Origin: Adineta vaga
Taxonomy: Eukaryota > Animalia > Rotifera
Length of the DNA: 64,000 nt
Reading direction: 5' to 3'
Assembly (NCBI GenBank): GCA_021613535.1
Contig: CP075497.1
Span: 1,922,001 to 1,986,000 of the forward strand
Part shown: piece after piece, positions 25,236-37,600 of the stretch
How positions within the stretch are numbered: position 1 is the stretch's first letter
Layout of the letters: every line of letters begins with the position of its first letter
The notes under the pieces: generated by a model
Database searches by the model: none
What the model was told of the DNA's origin: nothing
What the model saw: the letters and a program-made list of their open reading frames with translations, nothing else
Position numbers and translations under genes: made by a program

Positions 25236-26973
25236 TCACTGTTGATTAATAGGCGTCGGTTTCTTAAAAAGACCTTCTCCAGATGACTTTGGTACAGGAT
25301 CAAATGATATAAGATTACCAAAGAGAATATGTTGTGCAATTGGAAATTTATCTAAAACCTATTTCAAAATAAAATTTTTATTTTAATAAACTTATTTGAA
25401 AACGAACTTCTCCATAATACATTTTCAACATTCCTTGATTAACTTTCGACCAATGTGCAACATTTGATATATCATAAAGTGTACTTGAATGTTCGAAAAA
25501 AGGACCTGTTTTAACTTCATTTATATATTTAATTGCACCTAAATATAAATAATCATTGAATAAATCTCGATAAAATCGTTCATCAATTGCTTGTTTAGGT
25601 TCAATTGGACCATCATCGTTTAATTGTGATGAACCCCAAAGAAATGGTAAAAATTGATAATCATCTAAACACCATTGACCTTTCGATCCAGCTGGTTCAA
25701 GATAATAAGTTCGTTGTAATTTTCGACATAAATCTAAATAACTATTTTAAATAATCCAAAAAATACAGATCATTTTTAAGAAATAGAAAGAAAAAACGAT
25801 TTTACCGTGCAAATAATCTCAATACAATTGCTCGACTATCTTGTTCAGTCAATGCTTCAATTTTACATAAACATAAAAGAAATAATGCAAAAGCTAATTC
25901 ATGACCTAGAAAACAAAAGAAAAGTTAAATCATTCTATTCGTTTTCAATAGAAACCTGTTCCATAATCTAATCGTGTACTATTTCCAAATGAATCGCATA
26001 AATATCCATTTAATTCTTCGATATATTGATGATATTGTTCTGGTAATGCTTCTTTTAATAATCGTTCACTTTCCTTAAAATAAAAGAATTGACTTTTATG
26101 GGTGACTTTTGTTTCTCAATCAATGAAAGAAAAAAACCTGTTCAAGTTTTGTATGCCAATCACGATAACCAGCATCACCAAAACGTGATCGACCTTTTGG
26201 TGGACATTGATCAATAAATGTATCAAGTTGATTAAGTAAGTTTATCAATTTGTCAAGAGTCTATGCTTGAGAAAAATTATTCATAGAAGATAATAATCAA
26301 AAGAATTTCATTATTTCACATACCGGTGAGATTGGAATAGAATCAGAGTTTTTCAAACCATGAACTGATCGATTTAATGATTGAACAAATAATGTATATT
26401 CACGATATGCCTAAAATTACTTATACTCATTGAACAGAAATAATATGTTTAAGAGTAAAGATAGTCTATGATGTAGCTATACTTTACCAGAGACTGAACT
26501 TATCCTCTCTTTGTTTTCTCATGTGTGACCACTTCTATATAAGTCGCGTTGAATGAAGAAAAAAAGTACGATTGTGAGCGTGCAGATGACATAATCTATC
26601 ATCACATCGAAAGACATAAACAGTTACTCTCGTAATTCGTCAGATATCCTCAGATAGAAAAGAAAAACTTGGAATTCTTTAGAACGAATCGATCTTTTAT
26701 TGATTATGAATATTCTAATACCAAATGTATCAATATACATCAGGTTCTTTTAGAGTGTGTCTTCTATTAAATGTCAAATTCAAGATCTAGAAATCCACTT
26801 CATCTCACGTCTGATTTCCTTGAAATTTCTACGAAGACGACAGACAATTATCTAATTGTACACATGAATCTTACCTTTGAATCTTTCCAAGCTTTCATCA
26901 TTGAAATATCTTTAATTTTAGTCACCGGTTTTTGTGCCGGTGTAAGATTATTGTCAGCTTTTGAATCTGACAT
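25236..26973 (-). CDS. PTPA: PP2A phosphotyrosyl phosphatase activator; 7 exons, not captured by the ORF track
   Basis: SRFGDAGYRDW, DSFGNSTRLDYGTGHELAF, RKLQRTYYLEPAGSKGQWCLDDYQFLPFLWGSSQL, KTGPFFEHSSTLYDIS..WSKVNQGMLKMY..EVLDKFPIAQH. Confidence 0.95.
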
Positions 26974-27055
26974 TCTATGATCTAAAAAATGAATATTAAT
27001 CTATATAATATTTTTATTAAAAAATAAAAACAAAAGCAAAATAGATAATTTTTAT

Positions 27056-28868
27056 TTACATCCACACTTTTACTCGTTCATTTCCATAATCAATCTGGAA
27101 TTTATCTTTATCTTTCAAACGTTCAATTGAATGTTCAATAAGATATTGATATAATTGATTTTTATCTCGATCAATATCTTCTGATAATTGTCCATACATA
27201 CTAAGAACGATTAATCTTGAAAAATAGTTTATTATCAATGATATTATTGATGATTTGATTAATAATTTTGAATTTCGTAAATCAAAACAAATATGATCAA
27301 CTCGAAAAAATATTCGAGCAATTGAATGAATATGTTCACTTGTTAAATCATCGATTGAAGTATTTTCAAAGCGAACACATAGAATAACAACACGTCGAGA
27401 AAGAAGATAATACAAAAGAAGTGATTGATCATCATCAATAAGTAATTTATATAAATAATCAAAATCAATTGAAAGTGCAGAAAGATTAGGAGCAACTGAA
27501 AGAATCTTTTCCATATATTGCGTATCCGGTGGAGTACCTTGAATTGAAAGAAAATCAAGTCGATTTAGATCAGGAAGAATAACTGGTGATTTTATTGGAT
27601 CTTGATTTCCTATCGAACAAAACGAAAAATAAGAACTTTGGCAATTTAATCAATAAATTTTTACTTGGTGGTAATGTTCGCATTGATATAATTAAATCGA
27701 GAATCTGTCTACAATTTTGAATAATACCAAACATTTCCGCTAAAGCAATTGTATCATAAATATGCACATGTCGAACATTCTTATAAACTTGACTATTCAA
27801 TTTTGTCGACATATTTTTATAGAATAATGAACGTAATGATAATCGATTGGATTGATAATTTATCGTATGTAAAAATATTCGTTTATCATTTTCACAAATC
27901 GAATATTGAATTGGTATTGACTTCCACGATTGAATGGCTTTGTTTGCATCGAATTCGTCATCTAAATTCGTTGGTTGATAACAAATACTATAATCAAATT
28001 TCTTGATTAATGATGGAAGATATGATAAAACATGTTCACCATTAACAAGTGAATAATCATGACTCACAAGTATGAAAGAAACATTTTCTAAAACCAATGA
28101 AATATTGATTAATGCTTTGAAATCGTCAACAGTTGAAAACCAACTCATTGCATAGACATGTAATTCTTTTAAATGAGAGAAATATTGTTGATTGTTGGAA
28201 AGTTTTGACCATGGTCGTTTAAATGTAATATGAAGTTTTTCGACATTTGGAATTAAATGACAAAGTTGAAAAAGATCTTTTGTTGTTTGTAATTCAATAT
28301 TTAATTGAATAATATTCAAAAATTGCTTATCATATTGTTGATCTTCATTAATTAAACCGAATGAATCACATTCATGATCAAATATAACATGTGTTAAACG
28401 ATTTTCATTGGTTTGTAAAATTTTCTCTAAAAGATTTCGATTTTTTATTGAATCAGTTAAATCGAGTGCTTGAATGATTAATCGATGAAAATGTTTCATG
28501 TTATGTAATGTATCAAGAAATACGATAAGCTTCTCATCGGTCCAATTGACTAAAGTTAATTTTTCTAAATTTTCACAAATATGATTTGTTGAAAATAAAT
28601 GAAGAAATAACGGAGATTCCAATTCAAAGATAACTAAAGAACGTACGGTTGTCCTTATTTGAGGAAGAATATTGTTAAATATATGAAGAAATTCTATATA
28701 ATGTACTCGATGAAGTGAAATATGTTGTCGATAGAAAGTTATACTCTGATTTAAACGAGAATTCAGACCATAAAATGCATAAAGAACATCACCACTATGT
28801 AAATAACGACAGATTTCTAATAACATTTCATCCGGAAGTAATTCTAATGTTGAACGAATTAAAGACAT
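27056..28868 (-). CDS. F-box-like / degenerate LRR protein (lineage-expanded family); 2 exons
   Basis: LELLPDEMLLEICRYLHSGDVLYAFYGLNSRLN N-terminus, LxxLxL repeats, IFLHTI motif; intron ~27613-27664. Confidence 0.8.
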
Positions 28869-28995
28869 ACTTATCTAAAAGATTAAATACTTCCTATCAT
28901 AGAATTTTCAATAGTTAGTTTATGTTAGATTTAATAAAAAAAAGATGTTAGAAAAACTTTTTAAAGACTAAATGAATAAAAAATGTTATCACTAT

Positions 28996-29905
28996 TCAAT
29001 ATGGAATTGATTTGCCGTTAAAATCCAAGAATTTGCCATTATCTTCCAATGATAATTTATCAATTGCTTGTAACATGCGTTTTACTGATTCAGTTTTTGT
29101 TAAAAAATGTGCATCTTTTGGAAATAGTTTCTTATATTCATACATCATTTGTGTATTTACAACACCTGGTGACATAGCAATGAATAACAATGGATTTTCA
29201 TCCTTTTTCAATCCACATATGGAATTTTCATCAACTGGTTGTCGGCCAAATTCTAATGCGAGATTTTTTGTTGCCATATTTAATGCACATTTTGATAAAC
29301 GATAAGCATACCATCCTCCTACACGATTATTACCAATTGAAGCAAGTTCAGCTGATACATTGACAATGATGGATGAATACGGAGCATTCGAACCTGGAGA
29401 ACCAAAGGAAGATCGACCTCGTTTTAACGCATTTAATAAAATTTTTGTAACCAATATTGGTCCGACAACATTAACTTGATAGACATCATTTAAATCAATA
29501 CTAAGAACATCATTTAATGATGTTTCAACACGATTAGATGGATGCCCTTTTAGAGAAAAACATAAATCGAAATCAAGTAATAAAATATTTCATGTTTTTA
29601 CATATATGTGCACAATTAATTAACATATCAAGTCCACGTTCACGTTTGAGATCATTTAAACAATCGTCAACTTGTTTACCGAATGTATCGAATTGATCTT
29701 GATATCGAACATCTAATTCTAAAACATCTAAACGATGTTTGGAATGTCTTAAATATTCTTTTTGTAATTCAGAAAGACGATCAACAGCCATTTTTTGACA
29801 TGTAGCAATGACATGTGTTGGTGCTGGACGTTTTAATAATTGTCGAACAAATTCTAATCCAATACCACTCGATGCACCTTGAATAAGAACTGTTGCTTTT
29901 GGCAT
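28996..29905 (-). CDS. Short-chain dehydrogenase/reductase, C-factor (CsgA)/sniffer-like; 2 exons
   Basis: VLIQGASSGIGLEFVRQLL (Rossmann), LINCA, GGWYAYRLSKCALNM (YxxxK), PGVVNT, DNGKFLDFNGKSIPY. Confidence 0.88.
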
Positions 29906-29940
29906 GACGAAGAACTGTCTATCTGAAATAAACAAGATTT

Positions 29941-30750
29941 TTATTGAATCATTCGTCGCTTTCGTCCTGAAAATGGTAAACGTTGAAATCTCTGTACATG
30001 TTTACGACGAAGAACATCTCGAATTTCACAAGGATGTGTCGATTGATAAACTTTATCCATAAGATTAAGAAGAAGTTCTTTGAGAAGAAACAACGATATT
30101 TCTGGTAGAGAAAAATCGTCATTCGAACGAGAAGATTTTGATAAAGAAATTTGATATAGATCAAGCCAATGAAGAATATCCATTGCAGATAATGAACGAA
30201 TACTATTAAACGAAGAATGTTGTTGTTCAACAAATGTTAAATAAGCTTCACAAGTTAATGCATCACTTTTATAATAATTATCAAGACGAGCATATTGACG
30301 AGAACGTTGAATATCTAAAACCTATTAGACAGAAAACAAAGAAGGGAAAAAAATTGAAAAAAACTAATTTACCTCATGTTGATCAAGATGAATATTGAAT
30401 TGTCGACATATTCGTTGAAATCGATCAGATATCGTTGATTTTTTGTCTTTAACATCATTTAAATCTTGTTGTTGACAACTTGATCGATCTTTTGTTTGAA
30501 CAAATTGTTGAAGTCGTTTTAAACTAACTTTCTTATGTCTTGATATATATACAAGTGTTATTAACATAGAATTTCGTTTATTCATCAATTGATAATGTTT
30601 AAGACAATAATTTCGAAGTTGTTCACGACAATATTCATTGATATAATCAATGGAATTTTTTGGAAGAGAATAACCATTTCCATACATTCGAAGACAAATA
30701 TCGATTACATTCTCGAAAACATCTTTTTCATTGACTTTTTTCAATGACAT
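29941..30750 (-). CDS. SUPT3H: Divergent SPT3/SUPT3H-like SAGA subunit; 2 exons
   Basis: KKVSLKRLQQFVQTKD, YLTFVEQQHSSF, WLD, EISLFLLKELLLNLMD and THPCEIRDVLRR parallel SUPT3H KKKLRRLLKYM..D, YAEFCESRQLSF, WLD, EILAYLAYETVAQLVD and IQPCHIREAIRR. Confidence 0.65.
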
Positions 30751-30783
30751 GATGATTTATCTGAAGAAAAAAAAGAAAATTGT

Positions 30784-32133
30784 TTAAAACCAAATTTTAA
30801 AATCAATTTCATCACATTCTGTTTGAAATTTTCCAAAAAAATTACTTAAAAATTTATTATCAACAAGCCATTGATATGGATTACGACGGATTTGCTTAGA
30901 TATAAAACCTCGGATAATCACAGATACTAATAGATGAGTTTGAAAATATTGAAAAAATAATAGAAGAAGATATTCAACTGAAAGACTATTCGGAATTTTA
31001 CTTTCGAGAATAGGATATGACATATCAATAATAAACATGGTTAAATTGGATGAAGAATTTATAATTTCTTTTAGTAAATGAGACTCAGTTGAACAACCAT
31101 CGATTGATAACCATCGAAGTTTATTTAATCGAGATAATGATATGGATGTTTTCGTATCTGGTTTATCATTATTTGTAACTAAAAATCAAAGATTTTGTTC
31201 TTTCGAAATGATTGAAAATAAGAATCTTGACTTACTTAAAAGTGTCTCGTCTACTTCAATGGCTAAATCTTCAATATTATTACAACAATTTATTGCAATA
31301 CATGTTTCACTGAATGATGTAGCATTAAATAATAACAATTCGTGGACATGACGATTATAACGACCGTTCTTTTTTGTTTATAGTTTTTACAAATGAAGAA
31401 TTTACATCCAAATAAGAAAATTTATAGGGAATTGTATGAAGAAATATTTGATTTTTATTTTCAGCGAGTAAACAACAAACAGGAAAAGGTGTTGATGCCC
31501 ATGATGCGGTTATACCATCGACAGATTCAAGATATTCATTAGGTTCATATTCTGTACAATAATTGAATTTTTGTAAAGTATTCTTTGGTAAAATCGCAAG
31601 AAATTCTTCTCCATTAGATAATCGAATATCTTGAGTAAATCTATTCAATGAAAGTTGTTCAAGAAATGGCATTTGTTTAATCAAAGAATCGACTTCATTA
31701 AAATTCCAACAACGTCGAAATGATTCAATTCGAAATTCAATTAAATATTTCATTAAGATCATTTGATCAAATTCAACAATTTCATCTTCAGGTTCTTTAC
31801 CAATAACAAGATTCATTCGTTAAATATTCGGTATTAATTTCCATAAACCCTTCGATGACCGAAATGAAAATGAAAACGTTTTCCTAAAAGATCTGTCCAA
31901 TTAACATTGATGGATAGTGAACGAATTGTAGAACCAATTTTTGGTAAAATATTTAAACAAAGATATTCAAATTGAAGATAATTTGTTAGACGAAGAATGA
32001 CATGTTGACGATAAGTTAGAATTGCACGATTTAAACGAGAATTTCAATTAAAGAATGAATAAAGTACATCTGATGAAGAGAGATATTGATAGATTGATAA
32101 TAATAATTCATCAGGTAATCTTTCTAAATTCAT
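30784..32133 (-). pseudogene. F-box-like/LRR pseudogene, paralog of 27056..28868
   Basis: MNLERLPDELLLSIYQYLSSSDVLYSFFN*NSRLN (TGA at 32044-32046); LWKLIPNI*RMNL (TAA at 31820-31822); frameshift in the T-run near 31370-31375; two apparent internal deletions relative to the paralog. Confidence 0.8.
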
Positions 32134-32543
32134 AGATCAAAGGATGGATTTAGAAAGAAGTATGATTTCTTTATAATTGAGTGACGGCTCAAACAGACTA
32201 CATTTCTATTGGTTGGAAATAACCATTGAGAAAATAGGAAACCTCCAATAAGATTGTTTTTTATTTTTAATGAATTTCTTATCTTTAAATAACAAAATTA
32301 CAAATATCAGAATGATTTTCTTCTTAAAAAACTAATTAAATAAACGAATGAATGATTTTCATTGAATTTTATTGGTTTAATTGACACGAGATAAATAAAT
32401 AGATAGAAGAAAAAATATCAAAGCAAATATATGCAAGAACGGAGAGAAAAAAAAAGAACTGATCTCTTTAGTTGATATCAAAATATTTGTCTTGAGGAGT
32501 CTTTTAGATAGTTTTTCGAACATTCGTTATTTTACATATAATA
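32134..32543. promoter_or_regulatory. Probable bidirectional promoter between two divergent same-strand gene clusters
   Basis: 410 nt between divergent ATGs; ATTGG/CCAAT motifs near 32208 and 32244. Position-based inference. Confidence 0.45.
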
Positions 32544-33860
32544 ATGGGTCGCGATCGTTCACGTTCGATGTCTTCAACTTCTTCGTAAGTTTTATTTTTG
32601 TTTTGTTGTTTGGAATCATAGTGAATTATTTTTTGATTTTCAGTGGACGTGGCGTTCAGTCATCAACATGGGATGGTCATACGGGTTATCGTATTCATGT
32701 ATCTGATTTAGCACCTGGAATTCAACGAAAAGAAATTGAACGAGTTTATAAAAAATTCGGAACGATTAATGAAGTTTGTGATTGAATGAAATAGAATGAT
32801 AATTTGACTTTGAATGAACTTAGATATGGGTGGCAATCAATCCTCCGTGTTTTGCTTTTATTAATTTTAAACATCGATCTGATGCTGAAGAAGCAATGAA
32901 AGAAACAGATGGAACGTAAGATAAAGAATTGAAGAATCAATCGTTAATTATTAAAAATATATTGTAGTATAATTGGTACAAGTCGTGTTGGTGTTAGTTG
33001 GGCACGAACTCGGACATATGGAAGTCGAAATTTTGGTGGTCGTAGAGGAGCATATGGTTCATTTCGACCTAATAGTGGATATCGACGAAGATCAAGGTAA
33101 GCAGAAGCAGCTTATGAAGATCTTTCGGATAGGTTTTACTTTTTATTTTGAAAATTGAAGTCTTTGTGTGTTTGATAAAAGAAAACTTTCATTTATTGTC
33201 CACTTAATTTTGATTCTAGTAGCTTCGCGCTTTCTCGAATCATGATATGGGTGTGATGTTTTGATGAGATAATGATGATCAGATGGTCTTTTTCGGTTTT
33301 TATACAACTGATGACTATTGGCATCGGCTTATGTTTTCTCATTCGAGTAATTCGTGGAAAAAAACTATTTGCTTTTTTCTTCTTGGTTTTGATAATGAAG
33401 AATTTGAAAAAGAAATATTTACATTTGTTGTAACGTGGATCACGTGGGTAACGATGCTCAGTTAAGACCAATAATATGGATGGAAAGTTGTAAATTATGA
33501 ACATTTGATCTTTTGATTTTTTTTACTTTGAATAGAAGTCATTCACGCGATCGAAAACGTCGTTATAGTCGATCACGATCACATGGTATTAATTAGATTT
33601 TATTCTCAATTCAATAAATTTTTCTCTTTCAATTAGATCGTCATCATCGTCGAAGTAATTCACCACGTGATCGAAAACGTAAACGAAACCAATCTCGATC
33701 ACGTTCAACATCACGAGGTCAATCACGTACCTCAGTTCCCAATGAAAATATCGACAATTCACACGCTACTAATGAGTAAATACAACTGAAACAACAAAAA
33801 CTCACATGTTTCTATTTAAAATATTCTAGTCGATCATCAGTAGCTGTTCTCAATGACTAA
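32544..33860 (+). CDS. SR splicing factor, SRSF3/SRSF7-like (RRM + RS domain); 7 exons
   Basis: YRIHVSDL..FGTINEIWVAINPPCFAFINFKHRSDAEEAMKETDG (NPPGFAFVEF-type RNP1), followed by RS/RD repeats. Confidence 0.85.
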
Positions 33861-33999
33861 CGGCAGGTGTTAAACCTGATAATAATCTTCATATATATTG
33901 TCTTGTTCTTCTCTTTTTTTTACAAATACATATAATAAATAACTGACTTTTATGTGTTCTAGATATATTAAATCTATTTATTTATTTATTTATCTAATC

Positions 34000-35098
34000 A
34001 TGTCGAGTAAAGATCGGTATAATATTTTTCCATCGCGAATGTAAGTCGTTTGTTGAATTGATGTTAATCGATTGTTTTATGTTGACGGTTTTTCTAGGGC
34101 TCAAACGATAATGAAAGGTCGTTTGAAAGGTGCTCAAACAGGACATAATTTATTGAAGAAAAAAGCTGATGCATTGGCAATTCGTTTTCGATTAATACTT
34201 AAGAAAATTATTGATGTAAGAAGAAGAAGAAGAAAAGATTGTGAGCAACAAATGAATTTTTCTTTTGAGGATATTTTAGACAAAAACGTTAATGGGTGAT
34301 GTAATGAAAACAGCTTCATTTTCATTGGCTGAAACAAAATTTTCTATGAGTGGAGATTTTAGTCAAGTTGTTATTCAAAGTGTTAGTAAAGCACAGATTA
34401 AAATTCGTACAAAACGAGATAACGTAGCCGGTAAGTTCAGTCTTTGAATCAATCATCGTGTGATTATCTGTTTTGTATTTGTTCAGGTGTTATTTTACCA
34501 TCATTCGAATCATTTCATGATGGAGGAGATTGTAAGTAACTTGTATTGATGTGAGAGAAATGAATGTTTATGGATTGATTTAGCATTTGAATTGACTGGT
34601 TTGGGTCGTAGTGGTACACAATTACAAAGATTAAAGAAAAATTATGGTGAAGCTATAAAAATTCTTATTGAATTAGCAACATTACAAACATCATTTCTTA
34701 TTCTTGATGATGTTATTAAAGTAACAAATCGTCGTGTCAATGCTATTGAACATGGTTCGTTATTTTGATTTTAACAAGAAAATAATAAATGATCTGTTTG
34801 TTTCTGTTTAGTTATTATTCCGAAAATATCGCGAACAATTACTTATATTGTATCTGAACTTGATGAAATGGAACGGGAAGAATTTTATCGGTAAAAATTA
34901 ATCTGATTTTTGTTTTAGGAAAGATCTCTCTTTCTTTGTTTTAGTTTGAAGAAAGTTCAAGAGAAGAAAAAACAAATTCGTGCACTTCAAGAGAAAAAAC
35001 GAGCTGAATTAATTGAAATTGGTCTTCTAAATGGTCAAGAAGAAGAAGCACCTAATATCTTAGATCAAGAACATGATGAAGATCTTCTTTTTCAATAA
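34000..35098 (+). CDS. ATP6V1D: V-type proton ATPase subunit D; 7 exons
   Basis: [110 protein letters not shown]. Confidence 0.97.
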
Positions 35099-35307
35099 TC
35101 TTTTCCTTTTTTTGGTCATTCCATAATCCCTTTACTTATTTTGATTATACAATTTCTTTTTAAACATTGTCTGTATGTGATAAACTGCAATTATCACCCT
35201 TTTTAAGTGTAATTTTCCTTTGTCTATTAAATATGTATGTCGACAAAAACGAGAAAAAGATAGAAACAAATATATGCATTTAATTCAACAAATCTATGTA
35301 TTTATAG

Positions 35308-35931
35308 ATGCCAGCTCCAATGTTTCTACGGGGTGCAGCCCCATGGCGTAATACATTATCATATTTAGAATCAGGTTCAATTATATTCCGTCCCATCGTT
35401 CGAGTATTTACATTGAATTATACACTTGATAAGCCTGATTCTGATGGTTTACGTCGTTTCATATTTTGGCATTTAGCTCAAATTCAATATAAAAATCCAA
35501 GTGTTCAATGTGTTCAATTTAAAAATACAACACCAACGCCATTTGTCTCATTTTATTTAACACGTCCGTCGATTGAGAATGAAACAAATGCAGATAAAGA
35601 TGATTATGAAATTGTTCATATGGATTGTTATAAGAAGAGTTCAAATGAAATTCATGATTCAATTCGACGTGTAATGGGTAAAAGTGAATTACAACAACGT
35701 ATTGATTCGGAATTAACAGCACGATTAGAAAATCCAGCAAATTTTGGAAAAGATTGTGCACATTACTGTATGTGTTTAGTTTATGGACAAATGTCATGTC
35801 CTGGAAGAAAGAAATTACCGGACTATCTTCGTGGAAAATATACAAGATATAAAATTGATGAACTTGAAGATATTCGAAAGAAAATCAGTGATAATGATGC
35901 TTTGAAAGATTATTGGAACAGACCGTTTTAG
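35308..35931 (+). CDS. MRPS25: Mitochondrial small ribosomal subunit protein mS25 (intronless)
   Basis: RNTLSYLESG, GLRRFIFWHLAQIQYKNPSVQ, TPTPF, NPANFG..CAHYCMCLVYGQMSCP..LP..LRGK. Confidence 0.93.
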   Translation: MPAPMFLRGAAPWRNTLSYLESGSIIFRPIVRVFTLNYTLDKPDSDGLRRFIFWHLAQIQYKNPSVQCVQFKNTTPTPFVSFYLTRPSIENETNADKDDYEIVHMDCYKKSSNEIHDSIRRVMGKSELQQRIDSELTARLENPANFGKDCAHYCMCLVYGQMSCPGRKKLPDYLRGKYTRYKIDELEDIRKKISDNDALKDYWNRPF

Positions 35932-36570
35932 TTTAATAAAACGAAATTTAGGTTATTTCTATAACAATTTCTTCTTTTTCTTTCTTTCTTTCTAAATATT
36001 CAATTAATCAGATCTCTAGTTTCATAAAAAAATCGAAAACGATTCATTAGCAAAGTTCTCATAGATTCTCAAAGATATTTAAAAAGCTCTTTCATCTTTT
36101 ATTTGTTTAGTCAAGCTTGTATTGTCATCGGATCGATTGTAATTAAGATTAATGAAAAATCTGAAATAGTCGAAATGTTTACATTCATATAAATATCTAT
36201 TTTTTATTGGTAAATTTTGAAAATTTTTACAGTATTTAATGAGTTTTCTTTTGAATTGACTGAGCTTTGAGCTGTTGGCAAAATAATTTTTGAATCCATA
36301 TACATGATTTACAATCGTGTTTTATTTTCAGTATCAATTGAGAAAGCTCGCTGTTTCAGTAATTTGTTGGTTAGAAATGATGCTCGTCTTGTTCGAAATG
36401 AATTTTGCCAAGAATGTTCTTTATTTTCTTTGATTTTATTTGAATAATTATATGGCCGAGGAGAGTAATTACTTTGTCTATCTTCATTAGATGATTTTGA
36501 TAAATTATCTTCTTTTTGTGAATCATTATTATTTATTTCACTTAATTCCGTTGTACGTCGTCGTGTTTTA

Positions 36571-37600
36571 TCAATTCGTTGTTTTCGAATCATCGTATTT
36601 CGTGATATCTGATGGACTAGTTTTTAATTTCAATTTATATTTTTCTGTTCTTGATGTATGAAGAAGAATCTTTGAACATTCACTTCCAGGAACTGATAAA
36701 TCAATTGCTTGATTTCCATTATAATCAATTTTTTCTATATCAGCATTGTTTTGTAATAATATTCGACATGTATTTGTCATATCATTTCTTACAGCAACCA
36801 TTAATGATGTACGTTGTTGCAAATTTTGTGCATTAATATCAACTCCTGTTTTGATTAATTTTTCTAATATTGATAAATGTCCTTCGTTTTCTTTTTTGTA
36901 ACAAAACCAATGTAATAATGTATTATCACCAGTTATAACAATCGATGGTGCTAAAGCACCAGCACTATCTAATAAATCAAACATTGCTTCGTCACTATTG
37001 GATATGGCATAATGAATACTAAATTAGATAAGAATATATTTTAGATGTTTAATTGAGTGAAGTATGAAATACATACGGTCGAATTCCTGATTGCCTTTCA
37101 ATATAATTAACATTCGCTTTTTTCTCAATCAATAATTTAACTAATGGTAAATTTCTTTTTCGAACAGCAATCATCAATGGTGTTTCTTTTCCAGAATATT
37201 CTTTGTTATTTTCATCTTTGTAGATATATGGAATTGGTTTATCTACATAAGCACCATATTCTAATAAAATCTTTGCTATTTCAATCGTTTTTTTTGCTTT
37301 ATGTGAATAATAATCATCATAAACTTTGGCTGCCAATAAACCAAGTGACGTTTTAGAATTAACTGTATTGATTTGATCAGGTACAGCACCATGATCAAGT
37401 AGTAAACGAACAACTAATGGTGATGAATGTTCAACAGCTAATAGAAGAGCTGTATTTCCCTCATTATCAATATCTTGATTAAGAAGATCACGTTCAAAAT
37501 CCAAAACTCGACAAATTTTATCAGTCTCTTCTTCCAAGATCGCCGAACGAAATGTAGCTAAATTTGTTTTGAACACATATGATAATAATAATTTAGACAT
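36571..37600 (-). CDS. Ankyrin-repeat protein; 2 exons; C-terminus may continue to 36309 in another frame
   Basis: GNTALLLAV..LLLDHGA, ETPLMIAV..LLIEKKANVN, RTSLMVAV..LLQNNADIE; intron ~37020-37074. Confidence 0.85.

Noticed and set aside
26412-26873. Possible snoRNA in the long first PTPA intron
   Set aside because: A C-box-like GTGATGA is present on the sense strand, but I found no suitably spaced downstream CTGA or terminal stem.
31820-32046. Stop-codon recoding or an alternative genetic code to explain in-frame TGA/TAA
   Set aside because: The same gene also has a frameshift and deletions, and all other genes use standard stops, so pseudogenisation is simpler.
33271-33312. C/D-box-like pair (ATGATGA...CTGA) in the SR gene intron
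   Set aside because: Only ~40 nt apart, too short for a C/D snoRNA.
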